NCBI GenBank assembly: GCA_964636215.1
Contig: CAZWRJ010000002.1
Coordinates: 20,967-84,966, forward strand
Direction: 5' to 3'
Source of the DNA: an uncultured Candidatus Saccharibacteria bacterium
GTDB taxonomy: Bacteria > Patescibacteriota > Saccharimonadia > Saccharimonadales > CAZJQT01
DNA length: 64,000 nucleotides
Position 1 is the first letter of the stretch, and each line of letters opens with the position of its first letter. The notes under the pieces are model-generated. The model made no database searches, was not told the origin of the DNA, and worked only from the letters and a program-made list of their open reading frames with translations. Positions 36,164 to 43,471 of this stretch are shown here, piece by piece. A program made the position numbers and the translations under genes.

Positions 36164-37462
36164 ATGTTTCCCCGGGCCGAGCAGCCACCACATTTAGCTG
36201 AAAGATCCAGATCGTTTGACCAATTGGCCAGTGTAGATCTCTATGCTTATGACCTAGAAAATTTTGGTTATATCTTACCAGAAACCGATCAGAGGGTTAG
36301 CGATGAGGAGTTGACCCTTATCGCCGAAGGACTAAATAGGCCTCTGCCTACTACCTTCATACTGCACGAGTCAAACGGGTCACTACAACACTTTGACCAT
36401 GGCCAATGGATTCCCTATCAAGTTACCTTGACCCGTGGCCTGGAGATAGCCGAAGCAGACGCAAGGCTTGATCCACGTAAACGGTTTTTGGCTGACCGAG
36501 CAGCAACTGATTGGATGATTGGCCAAACCCTAAATAACTTGCAGCCAGGTGAGTTATATAGCTGGTGTTCACCATTTCCTGATGAGGAACTTGCTAAGTT
36601 TGGGCCAGACTTTATAGGCGAACAAGGCTTTCAAGTGGCTCGGCGAATGGGTTTCTTGTATCACGCCGAAAAACTGACAACTGGCGAAATCGTCTTAAAG
36701 ACCCAATCGGTTGATAATAGTGACAAAGAAGCCTTTGTTGCGGCACTAGATGCTGGTGGCAATATCACTCAAATGCTTGAAGCTTACGACAAGGTGCTTG
36801 GTCTGAAAAATGGCGCTAACTACCGTGCTGGCCGTCTATGGAACCAGAAAATTGCCGAAGAAAATGCCTGGGAAGTAATACATAGGCACCTTGACCTAAT
36901 TGATTACTACAAGGAACAAATAAAAAATCTGGCTGCCTTGCGTCTATTTACTTCCCGTTATGATCTAGAACGGGATAAGAGACGTCTAACCTACAGTGTC
37001 TGGGCGGCTATCAAGCAACGAATCGATAAAACTACACCAGGACACCAGCAGGGACAACCTATCCAAGATTTATATCCGGACTTCGCCCATATTGAGCAAG
37101 AAATTCGGCACGCCTACCAAGAACTTAGCCGACAGGGAGAGGTATTATTTGGCTGCGGAGGAGCAATTCGTGGCGAAGATGCCTTGCTCAACGCTGACCC
37201 AAGTAACGTATTTGATGCGGTTTTTGGGAGTAATGGTTTGGACATGGATAAATTTGGTCCTCTGACTTTTACTTGCCGCAAGGGCCATACTAATCGGCGA
37301 CCACGCAACAAGTTGATTGATGAATGCCGGGTCTGTCACGAAAGTGTTATTTGTGATGATAAAATGAAGCCAAGCAAGGGAAAAAGAAACCATCATGGAT
37401 CAAACCGACGAAATCTATCAAGAGCTGGTCAAAGAGCGATCGCCGGAATTCTTCTGCGATAA
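36164..37462 (+). CDS. Hypothetical protein with C-terminal zinc-ribbon-like Cys/His cluster
   Basis: A 432-aa ORF with no signal peptide or TM helix. The C-terminus reads FTCRKGHTNRRPRNKLIDECRVCHESVIC. I recognised no family. Confidence 0.6.
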   Translation: MFPRAEQPPHLAERSRSFDQLASVDLYAYDLENFGYILPETDQRVSDEELTLIAEGLNRPLPTTFILHESNGSLQHFDHGQWIPYQVTLTRGLEIAEADARLDPRKRFLADRAATDWMIGQTLNNLQPGELYSWCSPFPDEELAKFGPDFIGEQGFQVARRMGFLYHAEKLTTGEIVLKTQSVDNSDKEAFVAALDAGGNITQMLEAYDKVLGLKNGANYRAGRLWNQKIAEENAWEVIHRHLDLIDYYKEQIKNLAALRLFTSRYDLERDKRRLTYSVWAAIKQRIDKTTPGHQQGQPIQDLYPDFAHIEQEIRHAYQELSRQGEVLFGCGGAIRGEDALLNADPSNVFDAVFGSNGLDMDKFGPLTFTCRKGHTNRRPRNKLIDECRVCHESVICDDKMKPSKGKRNHHGSNRRNLSRAGQRAIAGILLR

Positions 37463-37562
37463 CTGCGGCCATTATCCAATTGAGCCAGTCCATGGGCACT
37501 TTATGTGTCCAGCCTGTCATTTGCCGACAAAATGCTGCGAAGGTATGCCCCAAAATGAATAG
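37395..37562 (+). CDS. Small zinc-ribbon protein (55 aa)
   Basis: Below the track cutoff. The product is MDQTDEIYQELVKERSPEFFCDNCGHYPIEPVHGHFMCPACHLPTKCCEGMPQNE, with CxxC-17-CxxC plus CC. It overlaps the last 68 nt of the 432-aa ORF in another frame. Confidence 0.5.
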   Translation: MDQTDEIYQELVKERSPEFFCDNCGHYPIEPVHGHFMCPACHLPTKCCEGMPQNE

Positions 37563-37671
37563 TTTAGGAAAAGAGCAGCCGGAGACTTGGATTCATTCCA
37601 ATCCCCGCGCGATGAGAAAAACCGTAGGTTTGTCTCATGAGGCGTAGCCGTAATTGCTGCGAAGGTATGCC
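37533..37671 (+). repeat. 17-bp perfect direct repeat (tgctgcgaaggtatgcc) with copies 122 bp apart
   Basis: Copy 1 at 37533-37549 encodes CCEGMP at the end of the zinc-ribbon ORF. Copy 2 at 37655-37671 sits 5 nt before the nadD ATG and would read CCEGMPADA-stop, overlapping nadD through ATGCCTGA. Confidence 0.9.
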
Positions 37672-37676
37672 GGCTG

Positions 37677-38294
37677 ATGCCTGAGAGGGTAGCGATTTTT
37701 ATCGGTGTCTTTGACCCGATTCATAATGGTCACTTGGCGTTGGCTAGAAAAGTTTTAAGCCTTGGGACCAAAAAAGTCTTCCTCTTAGTTGAGCCAAGGC
37801 CTAAAAGAAAACAGGGCGTCAGAGCGCTTAAACATCGCAATGAAATGGTTCGCCTAGCTATAAGTACTGAACCCCATCTAGGTTTAGTTAAGACCAACCG
37901 TGCACGCCTGACATTTCGTGAAACCCTACCCGTTTTGGTTGCTAGATTCAAAGGTTGCCAGCTAGTACTTGTCATCGACCAGGAAAGTTTTCCGTACCTT
38001 ATAGAACACTTAGGCGATTGGCCAAAGCTCAAAAGTTTTGACAAAGTACTTTCACTAATAATTGTTGCTAGGAAAAACCAAAAGGCCGATTTACTCAAAC
38101 AAATAAAACTACTAAACGATTATCAGTTTTCTTTTGATTGCCAATTAATTGATGCTGCCCAGCCAATCATAGACTCAGAACAGCTGAGACTAGAGCTAAA
38201 GCACCACCGAAAAATCACAGAACTACCAGAACCAGTTTTGAAATACATAAAAGCTCATCGGCTTTATGCATCAACCGCCATCGCTCCCAAGTGA
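37677..38294 (+). CDS. nadD: Nicotinate/nicotinamide-nucleotide adenylyltransferase-like (cytidylyltransferase HxGH family)
   Basis: 205 aa. The N-terminus VAIFIGVFDPIHNGHLALA carries the (T/H)xGH motif of NadD-type nucleotidyltransferases. Confidence 0.7.
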   Translation: MPERVAIFIGVFDPIHNGHLALARKVLSLGTKKVFLLVEPRPKRKQGVRALKHRNEMVRLAISTEPHLGLVKTNRARLTFRETLPVLVARFKGCQLVLVIDQESFPYLIEHLGDWPKLKSFDKVLSLIIVARKNQKADLLKQIKLLNDYQFSFDCQLIDAAQPIIDSEQLRLELKHHRKITELPEPVLKYIKAHRLYASTAIAPK

Positions 38295-39970
38295 TGTTGT
38301 AGATATTTTAAATGTTTTTCGCGGTACTTTTTAAAAACACTCTTCTTCAATCCGCTGCGTCTTACGAAATCACTAATTTGTTCGCTGCCAATGTAGTGAG
38401 GCACCATTACGTAACTAGCTCCCAGCTCATAGAGCTCACCGGCTTGAATAGCATCCTCGGCATGACAAATTACCACTGCCCTTGGGTTGGTGCTTTCCAT
38501 GAGCTTAACGATAAAGGTATTAGCTTCGTGATCGGTTACTGTCGAAACTACTAATTTAGCATGTTCAATACCAACCTCCTCAAGCAATTCAATATCAGTA
38601 ACGTCGCCGTAAATAAAGTTAGCTTTTTGGCGCTCTAAAATATCGGCAACATCTGGGTCGTAATCTATAACAACATAAGGCTTATCTAGGTCGTGAAAAA
38701 GTTTCAAAAACTCATGGCCACCCTTCAGGTAGCCCAGTAACACCAAGTCATAGCGATTATGGGCCTCATGTTCAATATGGACTTTACGCCGTTCAAACAA
38801 GCTCAGGTGCTCCTCAAACTTGATGAACAACTTGTCTGAATAAATAATCAGATAGGTCGACACGGCTATCGATACTAGAGCTACCATGGTGACTATAGCC
38901 ACTAGGTCGTTAGACACCAGGCCGGAGCGATAACCCAAAATCACAAAAATAAGTGAGAACTCACTGACCTGACCCATGGTCATAGCAGTCTTAAAGCTAG
39001 TACGCTTGGTATAGCCCAAGAGCCCCATTAAAATCATGACAATCAAAGGTTTCAAGATTATTACTACGAAAGAACTGATCAAGATAACTGGCAATGCTAA
39101 AGCCGGGCTATCAAAAACTAGTCGAGTACCCAGTGAAATGAAGAATACAATAATGAAAAAATCTCTCAAAGGTTTGAGTCTGGAACTAATCTCCTGCGCA
39201 TAGGGCAGGCCGGCCAAAGATACTCCTGCAATTAAAGCGCCAATTTCCAAACTAAAGCCAGCTTGCTCAAATAGGGCTGCCGCGCCAAATCCCCAAGCTA
39301 GGGCAAACAAAAACAAGAACTCTTGGCTGCCACCCAGCAACTTATGGAATTTGGGCAATACAAAAGTACCGATAAGTAGGAGACTACCACCCAAAAGCCA
39401 ACCTTTGATTAGTAGACCGACTAAATTATCAAATGCAAAGCCGTTATTTTGACTATGGGCTGTTACAAAAACTAAAGCAGTGGTCGCTAAGATGTCCTGT
39501 ACTAGAAGTAGCCCAGTAGCAATCTTGCCGTAAAGACGTGCTTGTTCTTTCTTATCGTTAAGTAGTTTTAGAATGATAATCGTGCTGCTAAATGACCAAG
39601 CGACGGCTAAAAATATAGCTTCAGTTTGGGATAGTCCCATAAAGGTACTGGCCACGTAGCCAATCAGAAAAGTAAAAGCTACCTGCAAGACACCCACCAC
39701 GGTCGCTACTTTTCCAACCTCACGAATAACTTTAAGATTTAATCCTAAACCAATAATAAATAGTAATAGGGCAATGCCAATACTGGAAAACACCTCGATA
39801 GTGTTAGTTGAACTTACAAAATGCAGCACACTAGGTCCAACAATAATGCCAGTTAGAATATGACCTATTATCAGTGGCTGGCGAATTAGGCGCATAATCA
39901 GCGACATAACCGCCGCAATGACAATGATCAGACTAAGCTCGCCAAAAATTGACGCTTGCATAACTAACAC
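38264..39970 (-). CDS. Cation:proton antiporter (CPA2, Kef-type) with C-terminal RCK/TrkA-N domain
   Basis: 568 aa with about 12 TM helices, then YDLVLLGYLKGGHEF...VVIDYDPD. The start is GTG 39970 or ATG 39961. Its 3' end overlaps the nadD 3' end by 31 nt. Confidence 0.8.
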   Translation of the reverse strand: MLVMQASIFGELSLIIVIAAVMSLIMRLIRQPLIIGHILTGIIVGPSVLHFVSSTNTIEVFSSIGIALLLFIIGLGLNLKVIREVGKVATVVGVLQVAFTFLIGYVASTFMGLSQTEAIFLAVAWSFSSTIIILKLLNDKKEQARLYGKIATGLLLVQDILATTALVFVTAHSQNNGFAFDNLVGLLIKGWLLGGSLLLIGTFVLPKFHKLLGGSQEFLFLFALAWGFGAAALFEQAGFSLEIGALIAGVSLAGLPYAQEISSRLKPLRDFFIIVFFISLGTRLVFDSPALALPVILISSFVVIILKPLIVMILMGLLGYTKRTSFKTAMTMGQVSEFSLIFVILGYRSGLVSNDLVAIVTMVALVSIAVSTYLIIYSDKLFIKFEEHLSLFERRKVHIEHEAHNRYDLVLLGYLKGGHEFLKLFHDLDKPYVVIDYDPDVADILERQKANFIYGDVTDIELLEEVGIEHAKLVVSTVTDHEANTFIVKLMESTNPRAVVICHAEDAIQAGELYELGASYVMVPHYIGSEQISDFVRRSGLKKSVFKKYREKHLKYLQHHLGAMAVDA

Positions 39971-39983
39971 TTATTCTAACAGC

Positions 39984-41360
39984 TTATGCTAAAACAATAG
40001 CGTATATAGCCGCTACGCCGGCCACTGTCATTAAACCGACAACTCCCCAGCCGAGTAATTTAGAGATTGGTCCACTAACCCACCGGCCCATAATTTTACG
40101 ATTACCAGCAATTAACACTATCAGAGCCAAAATAACCGGCGCTACTAAACCATTTGCTACAGCGGCATAGATCAAGGCTTTAATGGGATCAAGACCGATA
40201 AAATTGATACTGAGACCAACTAACATAGAGATAATAATCACACCATAAAAAGCATAGGCTTGTTTGAGCGGTCGGTTGAGACCTTCTTTCCAACGAAATG
40301 CTTCTGACAATGCATAGGAACTAGCTCCAGCCAGAACTGGGATGGCTAACATACCTGTCCCAATAATACCGATGGCGAACAGCAAGTATGTAGTATTTCC
40401 AGCAAACGGTCTTAAAGCCTGTGCGGCTTGATCAGCCGAAACGATTTTTGTTACCCCATTGGCGTGCAGTACAGCAGCTCCAGCGGCAATGATAAAGAAC
40501 ATAACTACGTTAGATAGCAGCATACCCGACCAAACATCAATTCGCATTTTCCAGATACTCGCGCGGTCAGAACCGCGTCGGGACTGCAACGACACTTTGC
40601 CTTCTACAATTTCATCCTCTACTTCTTGGGAAGTTTGCCAGAAGAATAGGTAGGGCGAGATTGTGGTACCTAAAATAGCGCAGACTAGCAATATCTCCTC
40701 TTTATCAAAGGATAGATGTGGGACTATAGCCTGATGAAGTACCGCATTCCAGTTAATGTGAGCCAATAAAGCCGAAAAAACGTAAGCAAACAACACTAGT
40801 GCTAACCACTTTAAATACTTAGCATACTTGGCGTAGTTTGAAAAAATCTGTACGACCAAACTAAAAACAGTGAAGACTATAACCAGAAACCCAAAATCCA
40901 GACTGGGTCGAAGTAATTGAGTCGCCTTTGCCATAGCACCCAAGTCAGCACCGATGTTAAAAGCATTAGCCATGAATAGTAACCAGGCACAGGCTAGTAG
41001 GACCGGCCTAGAGAAATGTAATCGGATATTACCAGCCAGTCCCCGTCCAGTAACTAAGCCAATCCGGGCACACATCTCCTGTACTACCGACATCAACGGG
41101 AAGGTGATTATCGACATCCACAGTAACCTAAAACCAAACTGGGCACCGGCTTGGGAGTAAGTAGCTATTCCCGAAGGGTCGTCATCGGATGCGCCTGTGG
41201 TAAGTCCCGGTCCCAAAGTTTGCCAATATTCTTTGGTTTTTTTCAGGACTTTTTTACTTGGAACATGTTTGCGAAACCGGTTGGTAGAGTCCCAGGCCCG
41301 ATCCAAAGCAATGGCCGGTGCTTCGGTCACACGTTCAACTGTTGATTTTCGTTTTTTCAT
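39984..41360 (-). CDS. mntH: NRAMP-family divalent metal (Mn2+/Fe2+) transporter
   Basis: 458 aa with GPGLTTGASDDDPSGIATYSQAGAQFGF, the NRAMP DPGN-like signature, and 11 TM helices. Confidence 0.85.
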   Translation of the reverse strand: MKKRKSTVERVTEAPAIALDRAWDSTNRFRKHVPSKKVLKKTKEYWQTLGPGLTTGASDDDPSGIATYSQAGAQFGFRLLWMSIITFPLMSVVQEMCARIGLVTGRGLAGNIRLHFSRPVLLACAWLLFMANAFNIGADLGAMAKATQLLRPSLDFGFLVIVFTVFSLVVQIFSNYAKYAKYLKWLALVLFAYVFSALLAHINWNAVLHQAIVPHLSFDKEEILLVCAILGTTISPYLFFWQTSQEVEDEIVEGKVSLQSRRGSDRASIWKMRIDVWSGMLLSNVVMFFIIAAGAAVLHANGVTKIVSADQAAQALRPFAGNTTYLLFAIGIIGTGMLAIPVLAGASSYALSEAFRWKEGLNRPLKQAYAFYGVIIISMLVGLSINFIGLDPIKALIYAAVANGLVAPVILALIVLIAGNRKIMGRWVSGPISKLLGWGVVGLMTVAGVAAIYAIVLA

Positions 41361-41439
41361 TAGCCCACTACACTAGTGTTATTGTTTATGCTTAATCTCA
41401 TTATAAGCACAAATCTGGTAGACTCCTAGTGAAAAGTGC

Positions 41440-41469
41440 TTGACACAACGCTTAAGGCTATGTGAGAAT
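41440..41469 (+). promoter_or_regulatory. Near-consensus sigma70-type promoter with no downstream plus-strand CDS
   Basis: TTGACA at 41440-45, an 18-nt spacer, and TGtGAGAAT (an extended -10) at 41461-69. It is back-to-back with the mntH promoter, whose TATAAT lies on the minus strand at 41405-41400. Confidence 0.5.
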
Positions 41470-41475
41470 TGTAGT

Positions 41476-41730
41476 ACTTCGATGTGTAGCTGTATCTGCA
41501 CGCTAGAAGACAAAAAGTTCTAACTAAAAACAATAGGACCGTGTGAGGGTTCTGTTAATTAGGGGGGATGACCAATGTTGGTCAAAATAAAAATAATAAA
41601 TAAGCGGAGGGTATCCCGCGTGGAAGTTAAAATTCGTCGGCCTAAGTGGCAACAATTTCTGACCTACTAGGTTTTTAGTATAGACCTAGGGTTTTATAGA
41701 CGGCCGGGCCAAGAGTCCGGCTTTTGTTTT
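41476..41730 (+). ncRNA. Candidate ~250-nt small RNA (promoter-to-terminator unit, class unknown)
   Basis: Bounded by the promoter above and a GC hairpin plus T-run at 41703-41730. It contains several local hairpins (GTGTAG..CTGCAC; GACCAAtgTTGGTC). Only tiny ORFs are present: a 13-aa MCSCICTLEDKKF at 41482 and an 11-aa ORF at 41568. Confidence 0.35.
41703..41730 (+). terminator. Rho-independent terminator-like hairpin, plus-strand oriented
   Basis: GCCGG(gccaagagt)CCGGC followed by TTTTGTTTT. On the opposite strand no U-run follows the hairpin. Confidence 0.5.
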
Positions 41731-42367
41731 AACTTTTTTGAGCAGCAATTGCCGCGTCTATGAGCTTACTAAATTCTTGAACACTTTGGGGGCTGGGGTC
41801 GAGTTTCTGGTCGTTTAAGAAGAAGGTTGGCGTTGAGTTGACGCTCAATTTTTGGCCGGCCTCAATATCTGCATTAATAACGTCGTTAACCTCACTACTG
41901 GCCATATCCGTTTTAAATTTCTCTACATCAAGGCCTAGTTGATTAGCGTAGCTGATAAAGAAACTATTTGGATCACTGGCAGCGCTCCAAGCTTGTTGAT
42001 TTTCGTAAAGCAGATCATGCATTGGCCAGAACTTGCCTTGCTTGTCGGCGGCCTCCGCGGCCCGGGCGCCCACAAAAGCGTTGTGGTGAACTTGGGTCAG
42101 GGGAAAGTTACGAAACTGGAAGAAAATTTCTTTGTCATACTTCTGTTGGACCTGCTTTAGGATTGGGTAATACTGACCACAAAACGGACACTGGTAGTCA
42201 CCGTACTCCACTAAAGTAATCTGTTTTTGTCCCTTGCCTATGACATGATTGGTTGGCTGCACACCTCCGTTTGAACCAGAACTACCATCTTTATTCTTGG
42301 TGACGAAGAAGATTCCAAAAAACAGTACAATTATTGTCAGTAAAATAACAAAAAATCGATTACTCAA
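41729..42367 (-). CDS. DsbA-family thiol:disulfide oxidoreductase, membrane-anchored
   Basis: 212 aa with a TTG start preceded by AAAGGGG. It has an N-terminal TM helix and a thioredoxin-fold CPFC active site (GDYQCPFCGQY). Confidence 0.8.
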   Translation of the reverse strand: MSNRFFVILLTIIVLFFGIFFVTKNKDGSSGSNGGVQPTNHVIGKGQKQITLVEYGDYQCPFCGQYYPILKQVQQKYDKEIFFQFRNFPLTQVHHNAFVGARAAEAADKQGKFWPMHDLLYENQQAWSAASDPNSFFISYANQLGLDVEKFKTDMASSEVNDVINADIEAGQKLSVNSTPTFFLNDQKLDPSPQSVQEFSKLIDAAIAAQKS

Positions 42368-42407
42368 CAGTAATACCCCTTTAGTCTAGATATAGTAACA
42401 TAAGTGT

Positions 42408-43466
42408 ATGCAAACAGCATTTACAGTCCTTTTGGCTATGCTAACTCTTTTAGCTGTTAGTTTGCAGCGAACCTACGCTACGGTTCCTTTAAAAGAATTA
42501 AAACGTCGGGCCAGAGGTGGTGACGAATTGGCTGCCGGACTTTTAAAAGCCGTAGCCTATGGCCATAGCCTTAGGGCAGTACTGTGGTTCCTGATTGGGC
42601 TGACTAGTGCCGGCTTTTTTGTTCTAGTCAGCTTAACAACACCTACCTGGCTGGCTTTAGTCGCCTCCGTTGTCCTAGTCTGGGCCGGGTTTGTATGGCT
42701 ACCATCATCTCGTATTAGCAAATGGGGGGAGAAATTGGCAGCTTGGGCTGCACCACTACTGGAGAAACTCCTAGCCTACATTAACCCAATCATTGATAGA
42801 ATAGTTGGTTTTATACGTAGTCACCGCCCCTTGCACGTTCACAGTGGACTATATGAGCGGGCTGATCTTTTAGAACTAATCGAACAACAACAAGTTCAGC
42901 CGGATAATCGTATAGAAAAAACTGAGCTAGAGATCGCCAAACACGCTCTGTCTTTTGGCGATCTGACGATTGGTTCACGAATGACTCCTAGGCGGGCAGT
43001 CAAGCAAACTTCAGCCGATGACAGCCTAGGTCCAGTTATTATGGACGAGCTTCACGCCTCCGGTCACTCCCGTTTCCCGGTTTACGAAAAAAACAAAGAC
43101 AACATCGTCGGCACCCTTTATTTACATGATTTGGTACGGTCGAAACACGGTGGCACGGTACGATCCTTAATGAGGCCAACGGTTTATTATTTACACGAAG
43201 ATCAATCGCTGCACGATGCTTTGCAAGCTTTCTTAAAAACCCATCACCATTTATTTGTGGTGGTTAATAGTTTTGAAGAATATGTCGGTATCATCACTAG
43301 TGAAGATATCCTGGAAGCTATTTTGGGTAAACCAATCATTGATGAGTTTGATCAATACGAAGACCTGCGGGCAGTTGCTGGTCGCGCCGCTAAGCAAGAA
43401 CACCAAGAACATACATCGGCTGAGGAAGAAAAGCCTACAGCCGATGAGCCAGAGGTGTTAGAATAG
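42408..43466 (+). CDS. CNNM/DUF21 + CBS-pair domain protein (hemolysin/CorC-type putative Mg2+/Co2+ transporter)
   Basis: 352 aa with four N-terminal TM helices (DUF21) and two CBS motifs (SRMTPRRAV...; HHLFVVVNSFEEYVGIITSEDILEAILG). Confidence 0.75.
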   Translation: MQTAFTVLLAMLTLLAVSLQRTYATVPLKELKRRARGGDELAAGLLKAVAYGHSLRAVLWFLIGLTSAGFFVLVSLTTPTWLALVASVVLVWAGFVWLPSSRISKWGEKLAAWAAPLLEKLLAYINPIIDRIVGFIRSHRPLHVHSGLYERADLLELIEQQQVQPDNRIEKTELEIAKHALSFGDLTIGSRMTPRRAVKQTSADDSLGPVIMDELHASGHSRFPVYEKNKDNIVGTLYLHDLVRSKHGGTVRSLMRPTVYYLHEDQSLHDALQAFLKTHHHLFVVVNSFEEYVGIITSEDILEAILGKPIIDEFDQYEDLRAVAGRAAKQEHQEHTSAEEEKPTADEPEVLE

Positions 43467-43471
43467 GCCCC

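Noticed and set aside
37497-37510. Apparent +1 frameshift in a T-run splitting the two CxxC knuckles of the 55-aa zinc-ribbon ORF.
   Set aside because: This was my own miscount of the line. On recount the sequence is cac-ttt-atg (three T, not four) and the ORF 37395-37562 is intact in one frame.
37563-37676. NAD+ riboswitch (nadA/pnuC-type) in the structured 105-bp segment upstream of nadD.
   Set aside because: The only resemblance is a loose one (CAAUCCCC against the ACANCCCC bulge I recall). I see no tandem-domain architecture and no convincing P1/P1a helices. I leave this to a covariance-model search and make no claim.
41361-41440. Mn2+ (yybP-ykoY) riboswitch in front of the NRAMP transporter gene.
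   Set aside because: The minus-strand -10 (TATAAT, 41405-41400) leaves a leader of only about 33 nt, too short for that aptamer. The G-rich AGGGGGGAUGACC element lies on the opposite strand and lacks the second conserved loop.
41476-41730. The orphan transcript being tmRNA, RNase P RNA or SRP RNA.
   Set aside because: The region has no GGGG..acceptor/T-arm with a CCA-like end or tag ORF ending in LAA. It has no GAGGAAAGUCC P4 motif. It has no GGAA-tetraloop/AGCA domain IV motif. It is kept only as an RNA of unknown class.
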